From: Octopus bimaculoides | Taxonomy: Eukaryota | Reading direction: 5' to 3' | DNA length: 64,000 bases | Assembly (NCBI RefSeq): GCF_001194135.2 | Contig: NC_068984.1 | Location: forward strand, 18,920,340 to 18,984,339 | Shown: in pieces, positions 11,283 through 22,762 of the stretch | Numbering within the stretch: the first letter of the stretch is position 1 | Layout: the number at the start of each line of letters is the position of its first letter | Made by a program: the position numbers and the translations under genes | Notes under the pieces: model-generated | Databases searched by the model: none | What the model was told of the DNA's origin: nothing | The model's input: only the letters and a program-made list of their open reading frames with translations

Positions 11283-12334
11283 CCCTTCATGGGCTGGTGG
11301 GGTTGGAATTATACAAAATGCTGTAGTGACGTCTATAGCAGATGCCATTTCCGGAGAGTTTATCCACGCATGCGCAGGGACTAGTTCCGGAAGGAATACA
11401 GGAAGAGTCTCATGCGCATGCGTAGTCATCCATATCCAAGCCTTCGCGCGGTTTTCATCCTCTTTTGCTCGCTGATCTTCGAAGAGCCTAGACGTCACAA
11501 CAGAGCTCTCTCACAACCCAGCACTGGAGCCACACAGATAACCACGCAACTTCATTGATGACGTCTCAGTAACCAAAGGGCAAAATGCTGCAGAATTCTA
11601 TTGTAATAAATGTTGTTGTGTTGATAGTTTAGAGACTGCGTTCCGTTGTTTCTTCAAGAAATTTAATGTACGGGAGTGGAGTACACCTAATGGTGTATAA
11701 CCACTTCCCTACAACTGGTGACCCCGACGTGATTTGGTTCAACCACTTCCCTACAATGCCATTGGGATTCTGAGGGACTCCTTTTTATTTTTGTGCATTT
11801 CTGCACTATCTATAAAGTAATATTTGTCTAATCTTGTATATATGTGTGAATGTATAATACAGAACAAGAAACTTAGCCCTTTGTAGGTATATATATTTGT
11901 AATTATTTGCGTTTAATGGAGGGAAATTAAAATATAATTCATTGACTGAAAAAAAACCCCTTTATTGAAAGAAATCAACATTTTTTTTATAGTTTTATAA
12001 ACTATACATATAGCACTAAATATAAAATAAAACAAAATTATTTAGTATATCGATTCATACCAGTACAAATACAAAGAAAATTGACTTATAGTTCATCAGA
12101 ATATCTAAAAAACGAACAAAAACAAATAATTTCACAGAAGGCCAATGGGGTCCACTTGGACCTCAATGACCATATCTTATGCTATAACATCCATATGACT
12201 GGAAATTTTAAACTCAAAATTTGTATGTGCATACATGAACGATTGACAATAAAAGATATGAGACATAAAATCATTTAGATAAAAAATGTAAAAGTTGGTG
12301 GGGTCCCAAGGGACCCTGCTGGCCCATGAAAGGG
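11283..12334. mobile_element. Non-autonomous DNA element with TTAA flanks and CCC termini (piggyBac-like MITE), hosting an LTR insertion
   Basis: TTAA|CCCTTCATGGGC at 11279 and GCCCATGAAAGGG|TTAA ending 12338. Confidence 0.55.
11322..11755 (+). mobile_element. LTR retrotransposon remnant: 392-bp LTR, tRNA-Trp PBS and a duplicated 15-bp LTR end, with 4-bp TSD
   Basis: TGTAG...CTACA (11322-11713); PBS TGGTGACCCCGACGTGATTTG (11716-11736); repeat AACCACTTCCCTACA (11741-11755); ATGC at 11318-11321 and 11756-11759. Confidence 0.85.
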
Positions 12335-13701
12335 TTAAAAATAAGGAAAGGTACAGGCACATTAAATCACATCTTAGATATCCTTAAAAGGTGGGATAGG
12401 TGTGACTGGAATGCTCTTGATCAGGGATAACTTTGAGCCAGATAACAACAAAATCATCTTTAGTAAAACACAACAAATATACGTACAGATTGATGCTAAC
12501 AAATTTACTCTAATAAAAATGCATCTATAAGTAGATCATCAAAGTAGTTCATGTTGGCATGAATTGGGTCTTACAAGATTACTCTCTCTCTCTCTCTCTC
12601 TCTAAACCATAAGCAGCTATTTATTTATTTCTAGTTAGCATTTTAAAATTCTCCCTCTACTAAATGTCATTTCTTATTGGGAATTGCTATTCCCAAGAGT
12701 GGTACTTGTGTTGTTTAAACAGCATTCCTATTGTCAGCTGCTTTACATTGTGTATTAGGTGCATTTTCTGATGGCTCCTACACTAGAGACAAATAGTCCT
12801 CATCAAAACAGCACTAAACTTGCTCTGCTCATTTTCCAATCTCTTCACGGCTTGTAGTGGGTGCATTTTACATGGCATGAACATTAGAGAGGTTGTCTCG
12901 CTGATTAGTCACTGTAGGAGTGCTGCCAAAATGGAATGAAGTGCTGGAAGTATGTATACTTTGCACACTGTAAATCTAGAACGCCCAGTAACACAAGATG
13001 TATAAACCAAAGTGAGGAATAGGAGAAATGTAGCTATCAGCCTGTCTCATGACATGATTTTATCTCATTCCAGTCATTGGACTGTGGCCATGCTGGGGCA
13101 CTGCCTTGAAGGGTTTTAAATTGAACAAATCAACCCTAATACTTGTTCAAATCTTGTAACTATTCTATTGGTCTCTTTTGCTGAACTATTAAGTTATATG
13201 GATGCAAACACACAAATATATATCACCCTCATCATCATCATTTAATGTCTCCCGTCCATAGGTTGGACGGTTTGACAGCAGCTGGCAAGCCAGCGAACTG
13301 TTACAAGCCCCACTGTTTGCTTTGATATGATTTCTATGGATAGATGCCTTTCTTGGACTTTCACACAAAATCTGCCACATTCATTCAAAAAGCATCGGTT
13401 GGCCTGGCGCTATAATAGAAGACACTTGCCCAAGGTGCCAAGTAATGGGGACTGAACCTGAAACTGTGATTACAAACCAACTTTCCTTAAGCACACAGCC
13501 AAAAATTTTCTAGTTAGTTTTTCAATGCTGCTTTTATTAAATACGTAAACACTAATAATATCTTGCTTTGTATTATCCCATTTCTGAATAGTAATCTTAA
13601 TGAGTTATTTTTTCCTTAAATTAAAACATTTCTTCTTTACTTATGTAAAATTTGTTTATTAGTCTACTGTTTGAATATCTTGTATTTCTTTTTTTCTTAA
13701 G

Positions 13702-14104
13702 TTGTATGGACAAACCCTGAAGAAAACAATATAGAATTACGGCAAAAAATTGGTTTTATGTCACAGAATATCTGTCATACAACTGGTTACTTGAAGAATA
13801 CTCTTTACAATAGAAAGCTCTTAAAACAGAAAGAACTGAATCAGTTTAAATTATTATCTAACCCACCAAATGAGCAATCTTTCTTTGATATTAAAAATCT
13901 TTTCGCTATGGATAAATTGTTGTCAAATGTAGAGAACAAAGAGCAAAGAGGCTGGAGCACGACTCTATTTAAAAGACGACATTCAACTAAGCAAAAAAGT
14001 ACTTCAAAGTCTTCCAGTGTTGATAGTCATAAAAACGAACAAAACTTAGTCGACTCTTTCTATGAACAGAATTACAAAACGGCAAATACCATCTATAAGT
14101 TCCG
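13702..14104 (+). CDS. Gene A large exon (VVWTNPEENNIELRQKIGFMSQNICH...TIYKFR)
   Basis: TTCTTAAG acceptor, CG|GTAAGA donor, 403 nt open, phase 1/2; contains most of ORF 13758-14108. Confidence 0.85.
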
Positions 14105-15410
14105 GTAAGATATTTCTTATTTTAACAAAATTAGAAAATGTTGGAATCAGTTGATGTTTGTGTGTGCATGCGTGTAATACAACTCTGTGATAACCCCTTA
14201 GAGCAAGGACAGGGGTCTCAACCTGAGGTGCCAGATGGTATTTTAGGAAGTAAAACAAATTAGAGGGAAAATATGTACATTACTAAAATCACTTTACAAA
14301 GTAAAATTGACTAGAAATAACTTTGTTTCACTAAGCACACCAAGAACTTTATTATTCTACATTATTAAACTTTAGAGATTATGACAAAACATTTGTGTCC
14401 TTTCACTTGTATCATCATCATCAGAAGACCTGCCCAACACAACAGAATTGAGATCCTAAAACGAAGGTGCCATGTAAAAAGCACCCAGCAAACTTTGTGA
14501 AGTGATTGGCATTAGGATGGGCTTCAGGCCGTAAAAAAAAAGCTAAAACAAACTACAGGACCTGCGGCCACCCCTGGCAAGTCATCCAACCCATACCAGC
14601 ATGGTAAATGGACGTTAAATGTTGATGATGATCATCCTCCTCCTCCTCCTCCCTTAATGTCACTTTTTCTGTGCTGGTATTTAGATTCAGGCTTTTCAGA
14701 TTTTTCTTTCAATTGAAGACATAATCTAAGAATTACCTGAATCTACAGGCAAACCTGTAGATTACAATCAGCAAAAGAAAGTCCCATGTTTTGATGAATG
14801 AGAAATAAGAACAAAGAATTTATTGAACTTCATGTTTACATTCATGATTGATTTCCCTGTTAACAGCCATCTGTGCTCTTTTTCCATGCATGTATACATA
14901 ACATACACATACACTCGTGTGTGTGGGTAAGTATTATAGTGCTAAAATTTCTCTGTTACTGGCTTGAGCATCAAACTGAAGGTTGGAATGTAAATTAAGG
15001 TATTTATAGCAAAGATGGTAAGCAAAGGAAGTCATTGGAATAGAAGAAAAAAAAAAAAAAATGCCTGCACATGCTTATTGTTTGTCATACTGCAATGAAT
15101 TAGTGGGTAGTTGTGGAAAATCCACAGATGATAAATGTTCAGCTTATAGTTAATTAGTACATCCTTGGATTGATTAATGCTGTGTAAGAGAAAGTAGGAG
15201 ATGGAAACTATATGGAAGCCTGTTGTGTGTGTAAATATATGTACATATATGTTGCTGAACATAAAGACAGATGAAATACAGCTAACTGTATTCTGTCAGT
15301 TTGCCAACTATGATGATGATACTAACAATAATAATCCTTTCTGTTATAAGCACAAGGCCTGAAATTTTGTGGGAGGAGGTTAGTTGATTATACCAACCTC
15401 AGTGCTGTTT

Positions 15411-15810
15411 AACATCCGCTTTCCATGCTGGCATGGGTTGGACGGTTTGAGTGAGGACTGGTGAGCCAGATGGCTGCACCAGGCTCCAATCTGATCTGGC
15501 AGTTTCTACAGCTGGATGCCCTTCCTAATGCCAACCACTCCAACAGTGTGGTGGGTGCTTTTACGTGCCACTGGCACGAGGGCCAGTCACGCGGTACTGG
15601 CAATGGCCACACTCAAAATGGTTTTTTTTACGTGCCACATGCACAAGAGCCAGTCGAGCGGCACTGGCAATGACCTCGCTCAAATGATTTTCTAACATGC
15701 CACTGGCACAAGTGCCAATAAGGCGACGCTGGTAACCATCACGCTCAAATGGTGCTATTTATGTGCCACTAGCACGGAAGCCAGACAGCTGCTCTGGCAA
15801 TGATCACGCA
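15411..15810 (-). mobile_element. RTE LINE 3' UTR fragment with internal tandem units
   Basis: tttaacatccgctttccatgctggcatgggttggacggtttga terminus and repeated tttttacgtgccactggcac units. Confidence 0.8.
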
Positions 15811-16007
15811 TTGATTGTATATTTTTAGAATGACATTGGAGGGTAGGTGTGAGATGTCAGAACTGGCTTGTTCACACATGAAACCAATAGAATATTTGGG
15901 CTGGATATGGCCGGTTTAAATGCTAAAGAGATAATAATAATGATTTGTTTTACTGGCCACAAAGGCAAAATAATAATTTTCTTTTATTTTCTTTTTCGAT
16001 TATCAAG

Positions 16008-16142
16008 ATTTACAGTACACAGAAATAAGAAAACCAGTGGTAATGAGCCAGACTACAAATTCCCCAATCTTCCAAGTAACATTTGGACTGCTGTACATCC
16101 TCGACCTTTTGTACATACAAAATCAATACCTGTAAATGACCG
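16008..16142 (+). CDS. Gene A exon (FTVHRNKKTSGNEPDYKFPNLP...IPVNDR)
   Basis: Pyrimidine tract + AAG acceptor, CG|GTAAGA donor, 135 nt, phase 2/2. Confidence 0.8.
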
Positions 16143-17210
16143 GTAAGACTTATATTTGCTCTGAACAGTTAGATTTTAGCCAATATGTTTTACATCTACA
16201 CTGTATATAACAGCAAAATTATTTCATATTAAAAACAAAGACATAGTCAGTATTTGCGAGTATGAGTTGTACAAGGCTTTAGCTAATTGTTTCAGGTGCC
16301 TTTGTAATTCCAAGCAGACAGACACCCTCTCAGCTCTTATATCTTTGACCCAGTGTGGAACATTGAGGATGTGGCAGCTGGGAGGGGAGAGATTTGCACC
16401 AGTACCTGGCTGGTACTTGTTTACAGCTAAATGCATTGAAACCACAACTATTTTCACAAACTTTTAACTATCTCCAAACTAGCAATGGCAGATTTGTTTT
16501 TAATTTTATTCTTAAATCTTAGGACAACATATTGATATTAAAAATGAAGTGGCTTTGTCTAGCAAGCTTGTTTCAGGTACCTTTTATCTGTAGGTCAGTG
16601 TATATTTGCTCATAAGGCTCTTTCAAATAGTTACATTACTTCCTTCCATGCCGAGTGTCTAGACAAATAAAACTAATTAAGAACCACATATGATGAACAA
16701 TTCTAATCATGCAATTGCAGTGAATATATCACTTAAGTTGCTAACATATTGACAGATTGAGTATAACAAATATTATTTTTATCCCAACTACTGTTATGAG
16801 TTTTTCTACAGTTGGCTGACACACTAGTCAATTGTAAACTAATCAATAAAGCTTTGTTAGATGCAGAGACTCACTATTTCAAGGCTGTTCACTATTTTAG
16901 GCACATTATGTTTTCATCATTGGATCATTAGGGTTATCTCTCTAATTATTGTCTTGCTCTCAGTCAACAAATTTATGTGATCAAAGGCATCCTGTGCAAC
17001 TTTTCTTCTGTAAGATGACAGTGTAATTTGAGAGAAATTTAGCTATTTCTAGCACATCAAATAACCACATACAAGCTACCCCCATTGGTTTGAGATGTCC
17101 CTCTTCTTTCATTAGGATAAGAAAAAAATATATAAATTTTTTTGTTTAATAAAAGATAAGTAAACCAATAAGTATTTTTCCATAATTTCTTGTTTATTTT
17201 TTTATTGCAG

Positions 17211-17385
17211 CGATTATGAAATAATCGAAAACTCTGAAAAGAACACACCGGAATATCTTCAACCAACACGCTTTGAAAAAAAATTGCTGAGTGTGCGATT
17301 CCCTGTAAAAGAACGAGAATACTGCAAATTAGTGACAGTGCAAAATTTAGTCTTTGAACCCGAGTCTACCCCTGAGACAAAGTAG
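17211..17385 (+). CDS. Gene A terminal coding exon (DYEIIENSEK...VFEPESTPETK*)
   Basis: Strong TTTATTGCAG acceptor; phase-2 frame open to TAG at 17383-17385. Confidence 0.8.
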
Positions 17386-17901
17386 GGTTTGATAATTCAC
17401 TTAAAAAAAAAAAAAAAAGTATTCTACAATATAATTTCTTTGGACAATTCCACGTAAATTGATCTGTAAGTTATGGATGTATTTATTAATCAGAGAAAAT
17501 ACTTCTTACTTCTTGAACAATTTTCTGAAGCCTAAAATGTGAAGAGCAACTTTCTATATGAATTGAACATGATTAGCAATGAATACCACTGGTGTCCTTA
17601 CTTGGCACAGCTTAACACAAATGTCTTATCCATGCTGATTATCTTTTAATGTTATGTAACTGGTGTCTCTATTATGGAAATAATATTCAGTGAATTCAGA
17701 TTGCTTATTCTTTCTTCAGCACAGCATTTGTTTTAAGCTTTTGTTTTCACTGAATCAAATATTTTTGCTTCCCGACTGTATGGATGAGAGTTTATTGCCA
17801 CTGTCACATGATGGGCAAGTGACCCTCATAGCTTCTGGCTGAGCAATGCCTTGATTTATGAAAGGAATTTGGTGGATGGAAGCTGTACAGAGACCTTATT
17901 T

Positions 17902-17936
<35 letters not shown>

Positions 17937-19842
17937 TTTGTTGACATATTCACAAAATAAAAAGCCTCAACAAGAAAACAAATATGCAGGTGCTTTCAGA
18001 TAAAAATCCTTTGAGTTATTTGTTCTGCCCAAGTTACACAGACAATCTCCTTGACATTTTCACCATTGCAAATGCAGAGAAACAGTGATTGACTCATTGA
18101 AAAGCTATAAACCAAAGCACTATTGTTCACAAAAAAAAAAAAAAAAAAAAGCATGACCGCAGCCACTTGGCTGAAACACATAAATAAAAAAAAAAATTTG
18201 AAATATCTCACTAGGGTGGTAGCAGTATTTTAACAGGGATTGATAATAGATAGCACAGTTATTGTTTAACCTTTCCATTACCATATTTCTAGTGAAATAA
18301 CACTGTTGCTAATAAGCTGGAATTTGGAAGATAAATTCACATGAAATTTAGATCACTTCAAAACAGAGACTTTGTGCCACCGAACCAGTGGTGGTCGTGA
18401 GTGGATTTGCTGAAAGATGCACATGTACCATCCGTACATGTGCATTTTTCTGCCACATATACCATCAGTGGTTCGTTGTAAATTTCACACAACCATCATA
18501 TGCACCAGTAGTGGTACATTTTCATATTTTATTCTTTATTTTTGACATGGTTTGAAGGACATGTAAACAACATGATTGCTAAACTATTAAAGTTTAATTA
18601 TGAAATAGTGTAAAAATGCCAGAAAATTACACTTCCTTGTAATAAAATATGCAGTGTGACCAGAAATATGTGGCACCTCCAGTAAGCTCTAATAACAAGG
18701 CCATAGCAGTTAACATTAATGGAAGAACTAGAGACATCAACCACAGAGAGGCTTCCTTGAAAGTTCTCAAACTTTTCAGTTCATTTAAGTTAAGGTGTTC
18801 AAAATCTAAAAACAAGAAAGGTAACTCCAATAAGATCAGTTTGGACACTATAGACATTTAGAGTGAATCACGTCTTTGAAGCCAATCGGACAGGTTTCAG
18901 GTTTATTACAAAAAAAATGAGTAACTTACAAAGTTATCTCTCTTGAATGAATATTTCTAATATAGACTTTTTTTTACTTGCACGTTAAATTCACGAGCAG
19001 GCTGTTCCATTGATTGGATCAACCTGAACGCTTACCGTCATAAGCGCCAGTTTATTGCAGTTCACTTCCTAAACTCTGAACTGAACACTTTACCCCAAGC
19101 CTTCCTTCTAGAGCTTTATCCCTCCCTGCACCTCTGGAGATGTTCAGTTTGAACATCTGCAGGTTAACACAGAGTTATAAACTATTAAGTCTGTACTAAC
19201 AATGTAGTCAATAAAACGATTTTACTAAATATTGCCTTTGCAGAGAAGAAAAGCAAACATTAGTTCAATGTTTAAATCTGATCAAGATATGTGGTGGTGG
19301 GAGCAACAACACCAAAATTTCAGTTAATTAAGATTGGAAGGATACAGCAAGAAAAAATTAGCAAACACAATAACAAGTCTGGACATGTTTTCGTTTTTTA
19401 TATGTCTCCAATGAAGCATAGTTTAGATAAGAAAATCACTTTATGAAGGACATACAAGTTGACATAACATTATAAAGGCTTACCTAGGAATGCCATCTGC
19501 AGTGGAAACACAAAGTCAATGCTAACGTATATAGTACGGTTCATTTCTCACTATAATACACAAAGAAAATTAGTTATGCTACAACCAGTTTCAATTTAAA
19601 GTGAATTATCTGAAGTACACATATCTTGGTAATTCACCAACCTTAAATATTACACTAGGATTGCTAAAGCAAGCACTGTTTTGTGCAGGCTGCACATTAA
19701 TGTCTGAAACTAATGAAGCAGAGACCTGAAGACAAAGATGAAAATATGGAAGCAGCTGTTCTTCCAAAACTCTTTTATGGGGTAGGCCAATAAAATAAAG
19801 ATTAGTGTTAGTTAGTCAGAGAAAACCCCAAATTCCAATACT

Positions 19843-20228
19843 GTTGTTGTTGGCACTCCGTCGCTTACGAGGTCGAGGGTTCCAGTTGATCCGATCAACG
19901 GAACAGCCTGCTTGTGAAATTAACGTGCAAGTGGCTGAGCACTCCACAGACACGTGTACCCTTAACGTAGTTCTCAGGGATATTCAGCGTGACACAGTGT
20001 GACAAGGCTGACCCTTTGAATTACAGGTACAACAGAAACAGGAAGTAAGAGTGAGAGAAAGTTGTGGTGGAAGAGTACAGCAGGGTTCGCCACCATCCCC
20101 TGCCGGAGCCTCGTGGAGCTTTAGGTGTTTTCGCTCACTAAACACTGACAACGCCCGGTCTGGGAATCGAAACCGCGATCCTATGACTGCGAGTCCGCTG
20201 CCCTAACCACTGGGCCATTGCACCTCCC
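19843..20228 (-). mobile_element. tRNA-derived SINE family C, full length
   Basis: Reverse complement of 33382-33752; tRNA-like head (cagtggttagggcagcggactcgc...gtttcgattcccaga). Confidence 0.85.
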
Positions 20229-21176
20229 CCAATACTGTATGTAGGAAGAAATTACTTAGGAATTTGATATGTGTACTCATAAAGGATAGGTACAGAAAAA
20301 GTGCAATAAGATGATCTCTGGAATTTTGGCAATCAGAATTTCAGTGATGACAGATGAACACCACAAGTAGCTCACTAAACAGCAATAGTTTCCAGTACAT
20401 CAGTTCAAGGAAGTTCCTTTGAATTTTTAGAACCTTACCACTACTCTCTGGAGCCTAGAAGCAGTTTTGTTCTACGTCACATTTCTCTTGGAGGCTTTTA
20501 TAGCTTCTTCTGATTCAATGATTTAATTAGTACTTGAGAGAGCTATTGGAAAATGATTAATCACTAGAGTAAGAATGGATAGAAAAGGCTCAAGGAGTTG
20601 TAACCTTTTATCAACAACAAAGAATTTCTCTCTATGCAAAAAGCAAACTTTATGAAGCATGTATAAGTAGGGATTGCACAAGCTTCATCTTCATGAAAGG
20701 CAGATCAAAAGTGAGCCAAAAAAAGAGTAGCTGAGTATCACAAGCATGAACTAATGCATGTAAGATAAACCATTGTTATAGATATATGTAAATGCTGCAT
20801 GGAAAAATGGTGTGGCAGAGGAAGACATGGAAAGTTGTGGTGAGGTTATATCTCCATATATTGAACCTTAGACTAGATGGCAAAAGACCAAGAATATTAG
20901 CAATGTGCTGTACAATGGACATGATGATGATAGCAGCTTGTTAGTTTCATAATCAAATTAAAGAATAACATACTGTATTTCCTGTTTGCCTTCGTGGCAT
21001 AAATCCATCCAAAATATGGCTAAAGTTATGCAACAATAACCATGACAACTTGAAGACTTGGGATTGCTCTTGCTTTTACACAGTTGTAATCATCATCAAA
21101 AATTTAATAAGCATCTTCTGGGACTGAGAAAGTAAAACAACCATGTAAATTAAAATAAACTAATATTTAATTAACA

Positions 21177-21484
21177 TTATGAAATTCCAGTATTGAGAGT
21201 TTCAGCATTAATTTCAGATGTAGATTCTTGTGTTTTAGAATTAGTTTCAGTTTTTTGGCTGATGCCATGTGGGGACAAGTCCTTTGCTGAAGCAGAGATG
21301 TTTGTCACAGCACCTTCAAGTGGTGTAGATGAAGTGGTTGTCATGGTTGGGTTGTCTACCTCAGATGGCATTTTCAACCATGCAGCAGGATTGTCTAACC
21401 ACAGTTGGTGATCAGGTCTCCAAAGGAACCGTTTCACTAAGCCACATTCTAAGCAGGTAACAATGGTGTGCTTCTCTCTGCGCC
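21177..21484 (-). CDS. RPP21: RNase P protein subunit p21, exon 4 (RRREKHTIVTCLECGLVKRFLWRPDHQLW...*)
   Basis: TTCTAG acceptor, phase 1; second CxxC zinc-ligand pair; TAA at 21177-21179. Confidence 0.92.
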
Positions 21485-21971
21485 CTAGAAATATATGGAT
21501 TTATGGTTTAAACTACAAGAAACAGGATTTGTAGAAAATAAAAATAAAAATGAGTTGATTTAATGTTTGTTAGATTGCTTCTCAACACTAGAAAATGCTG
21601 TCACTATCTTAAAAATTTATCTCCTAGAATTATTGGCATCAACTCTAATGACTCAATACCCACCTTTTTTTTCCTTCAATGTCACCTAGATGTGGTAGAG
21701 TGCTAAGATAATAGTGGTTTAAGCTCCTATGAAGATAGAAAAAGCAAACTTTATGAAACTTGTATGAGGAGGAAAGAAAATGGATGATCTGTAGAAGCTG
21801 GAGTAAAACGAACTGAACATGACCTATCAACTTCAATGAATGAAAGGCAGAGCAAAAGTGAGCTGTGAGAGATTGTGGTTGGGTACACACACTGTACAAA
21901 AGAGAATTCTTCAAGCTGGAAGTTTGTCCAAGTAAATAGCCAATAGAAATTGACAGAATGTCCATATCTCA

Positions 21972-22313
21972 TACTCTTTTACTTGTTTCACTCATTTGAC
22001 TGTGGCCATGCTGGAGCACCGCCTTTAGCTGAGCAAACCGACCCCAGGATTTATTCTTTCGAAGTCTAGTACTTATTTTATCGGTCTCTTTTGCCGAGCC
22101 GCTAAGTTACGGGGATGTAAACACACCAGCATCAGCTGTCAAGCGAAGTTGGGGGGACACACAGACACACACACACACATATATACGACGCGCTTCTTTC
22201 AGTTTCCATCTACCAAATCCACTCACAAGGCTTTGGTCAGCCCGAGGCTATAGAAGACACTTGCCGAACCCGGAACCATGTGGTTCGTAAGCAAGTTACT
22301 TACCACACAGCCA
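21972..22313 (-). mobile_element. SINE family A (RPP21 intron 3)
   Basis: Matches the other family A copies; small internal deletion. Confidence 0.85.
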
Positions 22314-22544
22314 CAGACTATCTGCAGAGCCCAAAAGTAAGATTTACTTAGGAGCATGAAATGTCTATGTACAAACTATTTAAATCATGGAAAATCATCA
22401 ATGCTGAATATGATTAATTTTTTTAAATAAGAAAAGAACATGAACAAAATTATTGTCTGTACATTCCACTAAATTGTTTAACTCAAAGAATATACTAAAA
22501 TAAAATTACAATCAAATTTAACATTACATATTAACCTACCCTTA

Positions 22545-22762
22545 TTTCTTTACTGCCTACATGGGGCTAAACATAGAGGGGACAAACGGATTAAGTTGAT
22601 TATATCGACCCTAGTGTGTAACTGGTACTTATTTAATCGACCCCGAAAGGATGAAAGGCAAAGTCAACCTCAGCGGAATTTGAACTCAGAACATAGCGGC
22701 AGACGAAATACCGCTCAGCATTTCGCCTGGCGTGCTAACGTTTCTGCCAGCTCACCACCTTT
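22545..22762 (-). mobile_element. SINE family B (RPP21 intron 3)
   Basis: Matches 4438-4671 and 59335-59564. Confidence 0.85.

Noticed and set aside
11094-11498. Overlapping 134-aa and 113-aa ORFs on opposite strands
   Set aside because: They cross the MITE/LTR junction in GC-richer LTR sequence and show no recognisable motif.
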